IMG/VR virus record: IMGVR_UViG_3300034110_000988
Direction: 5' to 3' (one strand)
From: an uncultured virus (IMG/VR IMGVR_UViG_3300034110_000988)
Taxonomy: Duplodnaviria > Heunggongvirae > Uroviricota > Caudoviricetes
DNA length: 64,000 nt
In this document: positions 49,617 to 59,168 of the stretch, in pieces
Layout of the letters: the number at the start of each line of letters is the position of its first letter
Numbering within the stretch: the stretch's first letter is position 1
Notes under the pieces: generated by a model
The model's input: the letters and a program-made list of their open reading frames with translations, nothing else
Told to the model about the DNA's origin: nothing
Databases searched by the model: none
Translations under genes and position numbers: made by a program

Positions 49617-50105
49617 ATGTCTGACAACTCTAATTATTTCACAACTGTTTTAAAATCACTTTTTATTGTATTCTTTTTTATATTGATTACAATAGGTATG
49701 TTTTCTTATTATAGCTACTTACTTCACTTGCCAAAAGATATAGAAAAATATACTTATACTGATAGTGTGTTATCATTTACATTGGCTCCTAATACAGTTC
49801 TATTTATGGAAATGCCTAGGTCATTGATGGAATATGAACTTACATTACCAAAAGATGCTCATTTTAATCCTGACGATCACTTATCTGTTGTTATGATTCA
49901 TGAATATCATACGCCTAAAAAAGATTTAAGCACTGATCCTATGTATACTCGTTATAGAGTTAAACCTGTAGAGCATCATCAATCTAAAGAAATTGCTTTG
50001 TATGTCAATGGTATATTAAAATATGACTTGAAAGATAACGTTGTATTAAAACAAAAATTTAAAGATACACATACAGGCATTGTAACAGAAAGTATATTTC
50101 AGTAG
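49617..50105 (+). CDS. membrane-anchored protein
   Basis: N-terminal TM helix. Confidence 0.65.
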   Translation: MSDNSNYFTTVLKSLFIVFFFILITIGMFSYYSYLLHLPKDIEKYTYTDSVLSFTLAPNTVLFMEMPRSLMEYELTLPKDAHFNPDDHLSVVMIHEYHTPKKDLSTDPMYTRYRVKPVEHHQSKEIALYVNGILKYDLKDNVVLKQKFKDTHTGIVTESIFQ

Positions 50106-50168
50106 CTCTTTTATTTTTGTGAGAATTATGTTACCATTAGCTAATTATTTTTTATTGAGGATTTTCTA

Positions 50169-51002
50169 ATGGGTTCATTTATCGTTACAGTCGTTGGGGC
50201 CAATCCAGAGCAACAAATGCTGAAATATTCTAGCGTTAATTCCATTGAACGCCCCAACCCTTATATTCAATTGTTTGATGCGACAGATACCCTTCATGAA
50301 AAAATTCCTCTGGATTTTGACGGATGTATTCCAACTTTCTTGAGTGATATGTATTGTCTTCATGAGTTGAAAACCGGTGAAGTGCCAGATTTCAATGAAA
50401 AACATGTTTATGGTTACTATACTCTTGGAACTGATGGTAAAATAGAAAAGCTTTTTGAACGTAAAAATCCCCTTGAAGAGTGTGATGGCTTTGTGTTAGG
50501 TGGTGGTTGGGCTGGCTTCTACTTTATCAAGCCGGGGCATACTGGTGTTCAGATCGGAACTCCACGTCGCGGCACAGTCATTCGTCCGAATACTGCAGAT
50601 ATGGCTGAAAAAGGTAGTATTGATTTTGAGCGTATGATGCGTGAAGCTGGTGATAAGGCGGCTCAACAGTATGATGCCTTCTATGCTCTGGCGGCAAAAC
50701 ACAACAATTACATTGATGAGGCGTTTGAAGAAGAGTTTTTCAAAGGTACACAAGATGGCACATTCCCTATGTATGCCAGCACTTATGACTACAATCACGA
50801 AAGAAGTCATTTCATCAAGTTGCGAGAATATTATGAAATTAGCAGCTATGCTTTCATTATCGACGGTGAAATCAACAAAAAACCACATTCTATTGGGCCT
50901 TTGCCGCTAGACGCAGAAATTGCTTGGTTGGAATCGTTTTGGAATAAGCTATTTAGCTTGCCAGATGACACATTGTTTAGCCTCTATCAGTGCCATGAAT
51001 AA
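50169..51002 (+). CDS. conserved phage hypothetical protein
   Basis: NP...GGW.G and LPDDT..SLY.CH pattern; GAGG RBS. Confidence 0.7.
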   Translation: MGSFIVTVVGANPEQQMLKYSSVNSIERPNPYIQLFDATDTLHEKIPLDFDGCIPTFLSDMYCLHELKTGEVPDFNEKHVYGYYTLGTDGKIEKLFERKNPLEECDGFVLGGGWAGFYFIKPGHTGVQIGTPRRGTVIRPNTADMAEKGSIDFERMMREAGDKAAQQYDAFYALAAKHNNYIDEAFEEEFFKGTQDGTFPMYASTYDYNHERSHFIKLREYYEISSYAFIIDGEINKKPHSIGPLPLDAEIAWLESFWNKLFSLPDDTLFSLYQCHE

Positions 51003-51036
51003 TCATAACTTTAATTTAAAATATAGGAAATATACA

Positions 51037-51636
51037 ATGGACAACAAAACTAGATCTAGAATTGTAATTGATATGTATCATGAACGTTTTGATACAAGTT
51101 ATCATAAAGAACAAGGCCGTGGTTTTCTTCGGCAGCCAACATCTCTTGAAAATTTGATTCATCTGATTGATCATGTTAATTATATGATAAAAAATAATTA
51201 TGCCAATATTCAACATTATACAGCAGAAGGTAAATTGAACTACCTTCAACATCTTTATATTGTTTTTACTGAGCTACGCTCTCCTGCTCAGATTGAAATC
51301 CATACAGAATTAAAAGCCTTACATGATATTTTTCATATGTATTACAGAAGAAACCTTATGGAATTCAGCAATCAATCTGAGACTATCACAAGGGTCTTTT
51401 ATGATTATTCTGACAATCGAAATGATGAAAATTTACCTTCTCGGATTGCTCATGATAATAAATTGTGTGATGGTCAAGAATTTGCAAGGTTTTTACAATC
51501 TACTATCTACAGAGCTGATGATACTTTACTATCATTTTATTCCTTGAAATTACATGAGATTGAAGATTTTTTTCAATCCGCCATGAAATCTAACTCACTA
51601 GACAATTCATCAGAATTTTCTTTAAAAACCTCTTGA
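51037..51636 (+). CDS. hypothetical protein
   Basis: AGGA RBS before ATG 51037. Confidence 0.65.
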   Translation: MDNKTRSRIVIDMYHERFDTSYHKEQGRGFLRQPTSLENLIHLIDHVNYMIKNNYANIQHYTAEGKLNYLQHLYIVFTELRSPAQIEIHTELKALHDIFHMYYRRNLMEFSNQSETITRVFYDYSDNRNDENLPSRIAHDNKLCDGQEFARFLQSTIYRADDTLLSFYSLKLHEIEDFFQSAMKSNSLDNSSEFSLKTS

Positions 51637-51678
51637 AAGGTGATATAATCGGTAAAATTAAACCACAGGAGTCATCTA

Positions 51679-52101
51679 ATGACTGTTAGTACGCAAGAAG
51701 AAATTAATGTGTTGATGGCTGAATGCTCGGCCATCGAAGCTCAGTTGCTGGCGAAGCGTGAAGCTCTTGAATCCGCTGTCATGAGCAAGTTGACAGCAGA
51801 TGGTAAGCAGCATCCATTGTCTTCGTTTTTGGGAACTGTTGCTACCTATGACCGCCCACATAAATGGCAAGCCCCTCGTTCGTCTGTCCTGACCGAAGAC
51901 GATTTGAAGCATTACGGCTATCTAAATTTTAATGGCATTGTAACAGGTGCTCAGGTTAACTCGTTGTATCATGAGCCTCGCTATAATGATAATGATACCT
52001 TTTATAGCTTTGCTATTCCAGAAGAATGGTCGGAAGTTCCGAAAGGTCATCAAATTCCGATTGAAGAAGTGTATGAACTGTTGATTTTTAAAACGCAATA
52101 A
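51679..52101 (+). CDS. hypothetical protein
   Basis: AGGAG RBS. Confidence 0.75.
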   Translation: MTVSTQEEINVLMAECSAIEAQLLAKREALESAVMSKLTADGKQHPLSSFLGTVATYDRPHKWQAPRSSVLTEDDLKHYGYLNFNGIVTGAQVNSLYHEPRYNDNDTFYSFAIPEEWSEVPKGHQIPIEEVYELLIFKTQ

Positions 52102-52119
52102 ATAAAAAATAGGAGAATA

Positions 52120-53028
52120 TTGATGAGAACACATTTGATTGAAAATGATATTAAGCTTTTTTTGGAATCGTCACCTGATGTGTTCTCTTCGACTATTAAG
52201 AAACGTATCAAAACTTGGCAAACTGCCGAAGATGGTTTCGGTCGTAACTTCCTTGATCTATTAGTCTATCAACTAGCTATTCATCACGAAAAATCAGACC
52301 ATCTGTGGGTTGAAATTTTTGATAAGCTTGATTCACTATCGTTTCAATTTCAAGCATTCCATTACTTCCCTGATCATGAACTATTAGGGCACTATACTGA
52401 TTTGCGAAACCCTGAAATTGCATTTCATTCAAAGCAAGTTTTAATGGGTCTTATCCAGCGTGGCATTCCGTTTCAGCAGGCCGATCTTGAATGCTTTATT
52501 AAAGTGTATGGCAACAAGATGGACGATTCATTACTGGCGTTGTTTAAAAGGTTGGCTCCGATTGATGATGTTGTCTTGTTCAGTGAGGTTAAAGACACCA
52601 TTAAACACCTTATTGATGACGCTTATGAGCATGCTGTCATAGATAACCCATCCACTGCATCACGGTTTGAAACTGCTGGCATTCAGTCTGTTTTGTTGAT
52701 GTTGGAAAGCTTTGGTGGCGACTCTGTTAAAAATAAATTGAACTCTTATCTAGATGGACAACAAGAAAAAAGAACTTTTATTCTAGATTACATTGATTCG
52801 GCTAACATCACTCAATCTGATGCTATTGAACTTCTACGGTGTTTCAAACCTTGTAGTTCAGTGATGATCAACCTTGATCGACTAACCAGATCTGATCGTA
52901 ATCATATGCTTCTTTATTTTGAGAAAGTTCGAAATAATCAGTTAATTCCTAAGCAATATTTTACAAAATTACAGCTTGAATTGATGGAAGCGTTACAGCA
53001 GAAATTTAACGTAAAAATTTTGGAATAA
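52120..53028 (+). CDS. hypothetical alpha-helical protein
   Basis: AGGAG RBS, 302 aa. Confidence 0.75.
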   Translation: MMRTHLIENDIKLFLESSPDVFSSTIKKRIKTWQTAEDGFGRNFLDLLVYQLAIHHEKSDHLWVEIFDKLDSLSFQFQAFHYFPDHELLGHYTDLRNPEIAFHSKQVLMGLIQRGIPFQQADLECFIKVYGNKMDDSLLALFKRLAPIDDVVLFSEVKDTIKHLIDDAYEHAVIDNPSTASRFETAGIQSVLLMLESFGGDSVKNKLNSYLDGQQEKRTFILDYIDSANITQSDAIELLRCFKPCSSVMINLDRLTRSDRNHMLLYFEKVRNNQLIPKQYFTKLQLELMEALQQKFNVKILE

Positions 53029-53050
53029 GGTAAAATAATCAAATAAACGC

Positions 53051-53079
53051 TTGACGGTTGGCTCTTAATTTTGTATACT
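53051..53079 (+). promoter_or_regulatory. sigma70 promoter of ncRNA operon
   Basis: TTGACG-17-TATACT. Confidence 0.8.
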
Positions 53080-53123
53080 AGCCAAATAAATTGATAGCAA
53101 AAAGATACAGTCTTTTTGTCAGG

Positions 53124-53280
53124 AAGTTGGGAGATGAACAGTAGGTTCATTACGGGTCTAGCGATGGTTAGGGGCGGTGACCAAGTGGCATAATGCTGCG
53201 AACCAGTTTAATGGATAGTGCATTGGCTTAGTCACTAAGCCCGTGAAGACAAAGTTATTTGTCTGTTCACTGTCCGATTT
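53124..53280 (+). ncRNA. multibranch structured ncRNA, about 160 nt
   Basis: AAGTTGGG/TCCGATTT closing stem; ATGAAC/GTTCAT, TGGTTA/TGACCA, GACAAA/TTTGTC arms. Confidence 0.55.
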
Positions 53281-53285
53281 TTTAT

Positions 53286-53474
53286 GGTGGAATAAGGCTC
53301 AATGGCGATTGAAAGTAGAGAAAGCTTTGATCAGGCTGACGAAATCAACGGATTTTGATGGAAGCAAAGGAATAGTTGGAGTAATTAACCAAATTGAACT
53401 TTGACAAAATCTTAATTTAGAGCTGCTAGCTAATCCCTAGTGTGTGCAGGGTTCGAATCCGGCTTCCGCTACCA
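53286..53474 (+). ncRNA. tRNA-like RNA with about 110-nt insertion in the D-loop
   Basis: GGTGGAA/TTCCGCT-ACCA; GGCTC...GAGCT D-stem; GCTAG-CTAATCC-CTAGT; TTCGAAT T-loop. Confidence 0.6.
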
Positions 53475-53483
53475 AATTTAGAT

Positions 53484-53587
53484 TAAACCAGACGGAAAAA
53501 GGCATAATAGTACGATTAACATGAGTATGCCCGAAAGACCCACAGGCTTAGGCCGGTTGAAGCTCTAATGTTAATGTATCTGGTTTA
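53484..53587 (+). ncRNA. rod-like structured RNA, about 105 nt
   Basis: TAAACCAGA/TCTGGTTTA and ATTAACAT/ATGTTAAT stems. Confidence 0.5.
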
Positions 53588-53688
53588 TTGATGTTTCCCG
53601 AGGTGTTTGCGATACGAATGAGTTCTGCACTAGGCAACAATACAGCAGGATAACATTCACTACAAGGCAAATGGCTCTTACTTTTAAT

Positions 53689-53806
53689 GATGATATGGCT
53701 GAGTGGCTTAAGGCTATTGTAGATAGGTTGCGGAGCGGGTTCTACTGCCCAGTGGTTTCGACTACATCTCTTTGGCCCGGAGGTTCGAATCCTTCTATCG
53801 TCACCA
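53689..53806 (+). ncRNA. tRNA-like RNA with 39-nt anticodon loop
   Basis: GATGATA/TATCGTC-ACCA, class-II D-arm TGGCTGAGTGGCTTAAGGC, TGTAG/CTACA stem, GGAGG-TTCGAAT-CCTTC. Confidence 0.75.
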
Positions 53807-53886
53807 TTACCAAAGACACAGCAATGTGTCTTTTTTTTGCCCAAAATTATGCTATAATACAGCTTGAAACCGGTGAGGATATTGTC

Positions 53887-54126
53887 ATGAAACGATTTCG
53901 TTTGAAAAAGGATTATCAGCTTGTGCTCTTTGATAAAGTTAAATTTATCAATAAAGTGCATGAAGACACTGGTGCATCTATTATGATGTCGAGTGAGCTT
54001 TTCTTTACTTTGTTCAAAGATAACCCAACGTTTACTGTCCAACAACTGGATGACATTATTGAAACGTATCCAATGCGGCTGCTTTATTTCAATAAAATTC
54101 TTGCTATTGTTGAGCGGTCTGATTAG
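53887..54126 (+). CDS. hypothetical protein
   Basis: GAGG RBS and own promoter after RNA-operon terminator. Confidence 0.65.
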   Translation: MKRFRLKKDYQLVLFDKVKFINKVHEDTGASIMMSSELFFTLFKDNPTFTVQQLDDIIETYPMRLLYFNKILAIVERSD

Positions 54127-54188
54127 TAAAACTTTAGTATTGCTTATTGTTGTGGTATGCTGCTGTCCATCTTTTAAAGGGTAAAAAA

Positions 54189-54413
54189 ATGAAAATATTT
54201 CAACTAAAAGAAAAAAAAATCGATATCTCTTGGCGTAATGTCTTGGTCAACCGAAATCATACCATTAACCATGTTTCCGACATGGCTCAAACCGCATTCA
54301 TGCTTGGATATCCACTCATGCTCTGGAATGGTCGTGTATATTTTGTTGAAGAAAAAGACTCCACTGATTACACCATTACTGATACTCAATTTCTTGAAAA
54401 AGACATCGCTTAA
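54189..54413 (+). CDS. hypothetical protein
   Basis: AAGG RBS. Confidence 0.65.
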   Translation: MKIFQLKEKKIDISWRNVLVNRNHTINHVSDMAQTAFMLGYPLMLWNGRVYFVEEKDSTDYTITDTQFLEKDIA

Positions 54414-54429
54414 TTAAATAGGAGTTCAT

Positions 54430-54723
54430 ATGACCGAAGATACAGAAGAAAAAGACGAAATTTCCCAACAAGCTCTTAATGCAGCAGATACTGTCATTAA
54501 CGAAATTCGTCAACACCACCAACATGATTACACATCAAAACGCTTGGAAATCGCTGATTTCTTTGAGAATGATTTGTGGTGCGGTAATTGGGATTCAACA
54601 TTGGATTTTGATAACATGCCTACACTTCGTTTCATTCAAGAAGATGAGTATGATCAACACATGGATGACGACCAGCCAGAATATGATTTGTATTCTGAAG
54701 GTCATTACATCATCATTGGCTAA
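54430..54723 (+). CDS. acidic hypothetical protein
   Basis: AGGAG RBS; terminator follows. Confidence 0.7.
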   Translation: MTEDTEEKDEISQQALNAADTVINEIRQHHQHDYTSKRLEIADFFENDLWCGNWDSTLDFDNMPTLRFIQEDEYDQHMDDDQPEYDLYSEGHYIIIG

Positions 54724-54861
54724 TAAGTATTTAAGCATTGATGTCTAATCCCGTATCGAAAGACGCGGGATTTTTGTTTGTGAATAACTAATAATTCTGT
54801 TGACATTTTTCATAAATATTGATACAGTTGAGACAAGCTTTGATAATATAAGGAGGAAGCT

Positions 54862-56384
54862 ATGTCACTGTTAAACGTAATCTAACCAAAAATTTCGAAT
54901 TCAATCAACACGAACATCAAATCTATCAGACATGGATTGATAATAATTCTTTTCTACCGCAAAACAATTCAAAAACATTCTTTATGCCTATGCCACCGCC
55001 TAATATTACAGGTAAATTGCATATCGGCCATGCTTTATTCTTATCCATACAAGACGCATTAACTCGTTATTATCGAAAATCTGGTTATGAAACCTTATGG
55101 TTGCCGGGAACCGATCATGCTGGTATTGCTACACATTCTAAAATCATTGAATCTTTCAATAATGAACCGTTTTCAGAGATTGAATATGCGATTCGTGGAC
55201 AAGAAATAAAACAAATCAACCAGTCTACGATCATCCAACAAATACAACGAACAGGGGCCAGTTGCGATTGGAGCCGTTTAAACTATACAATGGATGACAA
55301 TTTTAAACAGGCTGCTATTCATGCTTTAAAACAATTGAATAATGATGGTTTACTCTATCAAAAAGATGGTCAATGGTATATTGCTATGCAAGATATGGCA
55401 AAAGAATTACTGGCCGATATCCAATCTGGTTCGTTTATTATTAACGATATCACACAACTCAATAAACTTATTCCAATGTTAGAACATAGTGAAGATTGGT
55501 GCATATCAAGACAAATTAAATGGGGACTTTCTTTACCTATTTACATTGATAATAACAACAACCATCACATCTTTAATAACGATGAAGAAGCCTCTCTTCA
55601 TTTACCAGATGGTTTTTTGAAAGAGACATCTACGTTTGATACGTGGTTTACATCATCGCTTTGGCCGTTTGCGACACTAGGCTGGCCGAATAATACTGAT
55701 GACTATGCTAGATTTTATCCAGCTCAAATCATTGAAACAGGAGCTGACATTTTGTTCTTTTGGTGTGCTCGCATGTTGATGATGGGGAAAAAATTGACGG
55801 GTAACTATCCTTTCAAAGAAATCTACCTTCATGGCATTTGTAGAGACAGCGAAGGTAAGAAGATGTCTAAGTCATTAGGCAACGGTATTGACCCATTGGA
55901 TATCATTGATAGATATGGTACCGATACTTTACGATTTGCCTTATTGTCTAAGGCGACCAACAAAGATATGAAAATGGCTGATAATGACTTTTTGAATGCG
56001 TCCAAATTTATCAATAAAATTTGGCAATCTTTTAGGTTTATTGATATGCATATCAAAGCAAATGAAACACCTTGTGACTTAAACAATCAGGGTTCTTTTA
56101 CAGAACACTTGAATACGTTGAAAATACAATTTCATGAAGCTATGAATAAGCGTGAGTTATTAAATATTACGCGAGACATTCAGTATTCTTACAAGCATCA
56201 TTTTTGTGATGAGTGGATTGAACAGAATAAAAAAGCTATCTTCGCTGGCGATCATGATATTCTTCAACATGGTTTGTTTATTTTAATGAGTTATATGGAA
56301 TTGCTTCATTGTTTCATTCCATTCATTACTACTTACATTACAGAGCATTTTGAACAAGGAGATATTATCCAGAATCAATATTGA
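54862..56384 (+). CDS. valS: minimal valyl-tRNA synthetase; N-terminus split by a -1 frameshift (annotated ORF 54984..56384)
   Basis: PPPNITGKLHIGH, WLPGTDHAGIAT, DWCISRQ..WG, DTWF.S.LWPF, TG.DILFFW.ARM, KMSKS; homologous N-terminus continues upstream of 54984 without an in-frame ATG. Confidence 0.9.
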
Positions 56385-56450
56385 TTTTAGTGTTGTTTTT
56401 TGATACAATCGAGCGATTAAACAAAAAATAGTTACTTTTTAGGAGTTACC

Positions 56451-57245
56451 ATGAGCCAGCTAAGCAGTGTAAGATCTTTGACAAATACCACGTTCACTTT
56501 GCCAAAGGCGTCTGATGTTATGTTGGCTCTTGGCACTAATTTTTATGCCGTAAATTATGAAAAAGCAGATTGTTTGAATCTATTGAATAAAGATTTTATC
56601 TTGTTCGTTAATAAATTCATGCCAGAATTTGTTATTCAACACAATTTTGAATTTGTCGTATCGACAATTCATGATTATCAATTGAAATGTCTTGAATTGA
56701 GTGTACATCATGATTTAAGAAATCGCCTAGCCGATATTGTCTATGGCCCACTGGTTTATACTTGTGGTTGTGAGCATGTCAGCCAAGCTTTAGACTGCAT
56801 TGCATTTGATACCAGTGATTCATTTGAAAAAGATGCTTTTGATACGGCTGTGAAAAATGGTGAAATTACCGAAATTCTAGCTGGCTTACAGGGTATGGTG
56901 GATCATGTTGCGGAATTTTATCGCCATTTTGTAACAAACCTGAGTAAACGTGAATGGATTTTTGAAGAAGATTCCATTATTCAAGGCATTCATACTATCA
57001 ATAAAGCAGATATTACTAAAATTGCAGACAGCATTGCACTTGAATTTAATACTCATTATTCAAGCACCCTGCAGTATGTCAATGAAATCAACATGAAACG
57101 ATACTTTCCCGTTGGGTTGGCTCAATTGAAATTTATTTTGGCGGCTGATGTCCAATCTCTTGTTAATAAAGGTTCTGCTATTGAATATGCTGACTTCTGC
57201 GATTTTGTTGCCAAATACAATCTTCATTTTCGATATTTTAATTGA
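56451..57245 (+). CDS. hypothetical protein
   Basis: AGGAG RBS, 264 aa. Confidence 0.75.
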   Translation: MSQLSSVRSLTNTTFTLPKASDVMLALGTNFYAVNYEKADCLNLLNKDFILFVNKFMPEFVIQHNFEFVVSTIHDYQLKCLELSVHHDLRNRLADIVYGPLVYTCGCEHVSQALDCIAFDTSDSFEKDAFDTAVKNGEITEILAGLQGMVDHVAEFYRHFVTNLSKREWIFEEDSIIQGIHTINKADITKIADSIALEFNTHYSSTLQYVNEINMKRYFPVGLAQLKFILAADVQSLVNKGSAIEYADFCDFVAKYNLHFRYFN

Positions 57246-57293
57246 TTTATAGTGTATTGTTTGATATAATCACCCTATATTTAGGAGTGCTTT

Positions 57294-57626
57294 ATGAACG
57301 ATTTGATGAAAATGGCATTAGAAGAATCGCTTGAACTTACTTCTTCGGTGATTAGTAGAACGTATCGCACGAAAAATGAATTAAATTCAATCTACAATAA
57401 ATATCAAGAAGACATTAGAACCATTTCGTCACTCATCAGTATGGCTCATGATGCCAAAAACACGTCTGGTAATAAAGCGGATATGGTGATTGCTCTTGAA
57501 AAATTGATGCTGAGCAAACAGAAAGATGTGAATGAGCTTAGTAAAGTAATTGAATTGACGACTGAAAATGCCATCGATTTAGAAAAATCTAAAAAATGGA
57601 TTAAAACCATAACAGAAACGCATTAA
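57294..57626 (+). CDS. coiled-coil hypothetical protein
   Basis: AGGAG RBS. Confidence 0.7.
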   Translation: MNDLMKMALEESLELTSSVISRTYRTKNELNSIYNKYQEDIRTISSLISMAHDAKNTSGNKADMVIALEKLMLSKQKDVNELSKVIELTTENAIDLEKSKKWIKTITETH

Positions 57627-57647
57627 CTTTAACAGAGGTCATACCAC

Positions 57648-57815
57648 ATGGACGCACTTTTTGGATTCTCGCAAACGGCTAAATTTAAAGAAGCTCTTGA
57701 AAGGACATCTCAAAAATTTGAGAACATGTCAGCACAAGAAGTTTTTGAATTGTCTCGAAAACATGCTGATGGTGATATTGCTCAGTTTGTAAAACACACT
57801 CAAGATAGTCAATAA
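57648..57815 (+). CDS. small hypothetical protein (55 aa), below ORF-track cutoff
   Basis: GAGG RBS; MDALFGFSQTAKFKEALER... Confidence 0.6.
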   Translation: MDALFGFSQTAKFKEALERTSQKFENMSAQEVFELSRKHADGDIAQFVKHTQDSQ

Positions 57816-57828
57816 AAAGGATTAATTA

Positions 57829-58080
57829 ATGCTATTATTTTTGTTTATTTTTGTGTCTTCAACTTTTGGGATGACTATCGCGTTTGAAGCCTATAAAAAC
57901 CCCACTAATCACATCTTGATTCGTTGTGGAAAAGAGCTTATGATGTTTCCCCGCGTGGTTCAAGCGGTTAAATATGTCTCACCGTTCACAGCCAAATTTG
58001 GCATGCACCCTTTGAAGTTTTTAGCAATAACTGCTTATTTGCTTACTTTTCTTATTTGTCTTACCATTTCCGTACTTTAA
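57829..58080 (+). CDS. small membrane protein
   Basis: two hydrophobic segments. Confidence 0.6.
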   Translation: MLLFLFIFVSSTFGMTIAFEAYKNPTNHILIRCGKELMMFPRVVQAVKYVSPFTAKFGMHPLKFLAITAYLLTFLICLTISVL

Positions 58081-58102
58081 CTAGATTCTTTTGGAGAAAA
58101 TC

Positions 58103-58705
58103 ATGAAAACTATGAAATATATTGTAATTACCTTGCTGATTGCCTTGTCTCTGTCAGGGTGTAAGCGAAGCCCCGAAGAACAAATCGAATTTGAAAAGGT
58201 TCGTGCTGAAAACGTCATTCGCGTTGATGCTCTCAACCAAAAATCTTTTGACAATCCAGTGCCGGTGGCTAAAACCAAAAATGGTCAAGTGGTGACAATG
58301 GCAAAAACTCTCTATATTTGCAAGGATTGTGATGGTCGCTATCCTGACACACATTATGTCTATATGGTTGATGGCACTGTCAGTGAAAACTATACTTATC
58401 GTTCAGGAAAAACGTCACATCTTCGTACAGAAGTTTCTTTGAACAATGGTCAAGTTGCAAGTAAAGCAACTGACAAAGAAACGTCACGAACTTCTACTGA
58501 TACCGTTGGTGCGACTTCTATTCTTGATAACGAGTCAGAATCTTTAAATACAGAAGAAGTGGTTAATGATGGTTCTATTGTCGTTAATGGCGTTACCTAT
58601 CAATTGATTGAAGTGGTCAGTCGCATGTCAATGGATAACTTTAAGAAGTATGATGTTGCAGCACCTATTGACATCAATGGTTCAAAATACGTTAAACTCA
58701 AATAA
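58103..58705 (+). CDS. lipoprotein
   Basis: lipobox LSGC; C-terminal I.ING.KY.K shared with 58732. Confidence 0.75.
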   Translation: MKTMKYIVITLLIALSLSGCKRSPEEQIEFEKVRAENVIRVDALNQKSFDNPVPVAKTKNGQVVTMAKTLYICKDCDGRYPDTHYVYMVDGTVSENYTYRSGKTSHLRTEVSLNNGQVASKATDKETSRTSTDTVGATSILDNESESLNTEEVVNDGSIVVNGVTYQLIEVVSRMSMDNFKKYDVAAPIDINGSKYVKLK

Positions 58706-58731
58706 TTCATAACTTTAAAAAGGAATACAAT

Positions 58732-59061
58732 ATGTTTAAGAAAATGCTTTTGGTTGCGATGTGTTCGGTCTTTGCTTCGACTGCTTATGCTGAAAAAGGT
58801 TACAAAGATATGACATCAACCTTTGAATTGCCACCACACATGAAAAATTGCACCATTACTCGCCTTGAAAATGACGGTTTTGTTGCTAAAGTACTGTATG
58901 TGACAACGTGTCCTAATTTGAAAACATCTACGACAACTGCCGATAAATACCCAGTAACTGTTAATTCAAATTCAATTTTGGATGAAGATGAAGATCGAGC
59001 CATTGTACAAACACCTAAAACCATTGAAGTGAATGGTGAGAAATATATCAAAATTAAATAA
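58732..59061 (+). CDS. secreted protein
   Basis: signal peptide ending AYA; IEVNGEKYIKIK tail. Confidence 0.75.
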   Translation: MFKKMLLVAMCSVFASTAYAEKGYKDMTSTFELPPHMKNCTITRLENDGFVAKVLYVTTCPNLKTSTTTADKYPVTVNSNSILDEDEDRAIVQTPKTIEVNGEKYIKIK

Positions 59062-59168
59062 CAAAAGCTGTATGAATGTGCTAATCCATACCCAGTAAAA
59101 TAAAAGTCAACTTCGTTTGGCTTTTTTTGTTTTTAGATTACACTATTAAAAATAACTATTTTTCTATT

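Noticed and set aside
53286..53474. tmRNA
   Set aside because: No G3.U70 (has U3.G70), too short, and no convincing tag reading frame.
53671..53886. N-terminal extension of ORF 53671..54126
   Set aside because: Overlaps a tRNA-like RNA and a terminator; the real start is more likely ATG 53887 with a GAGG RBS.
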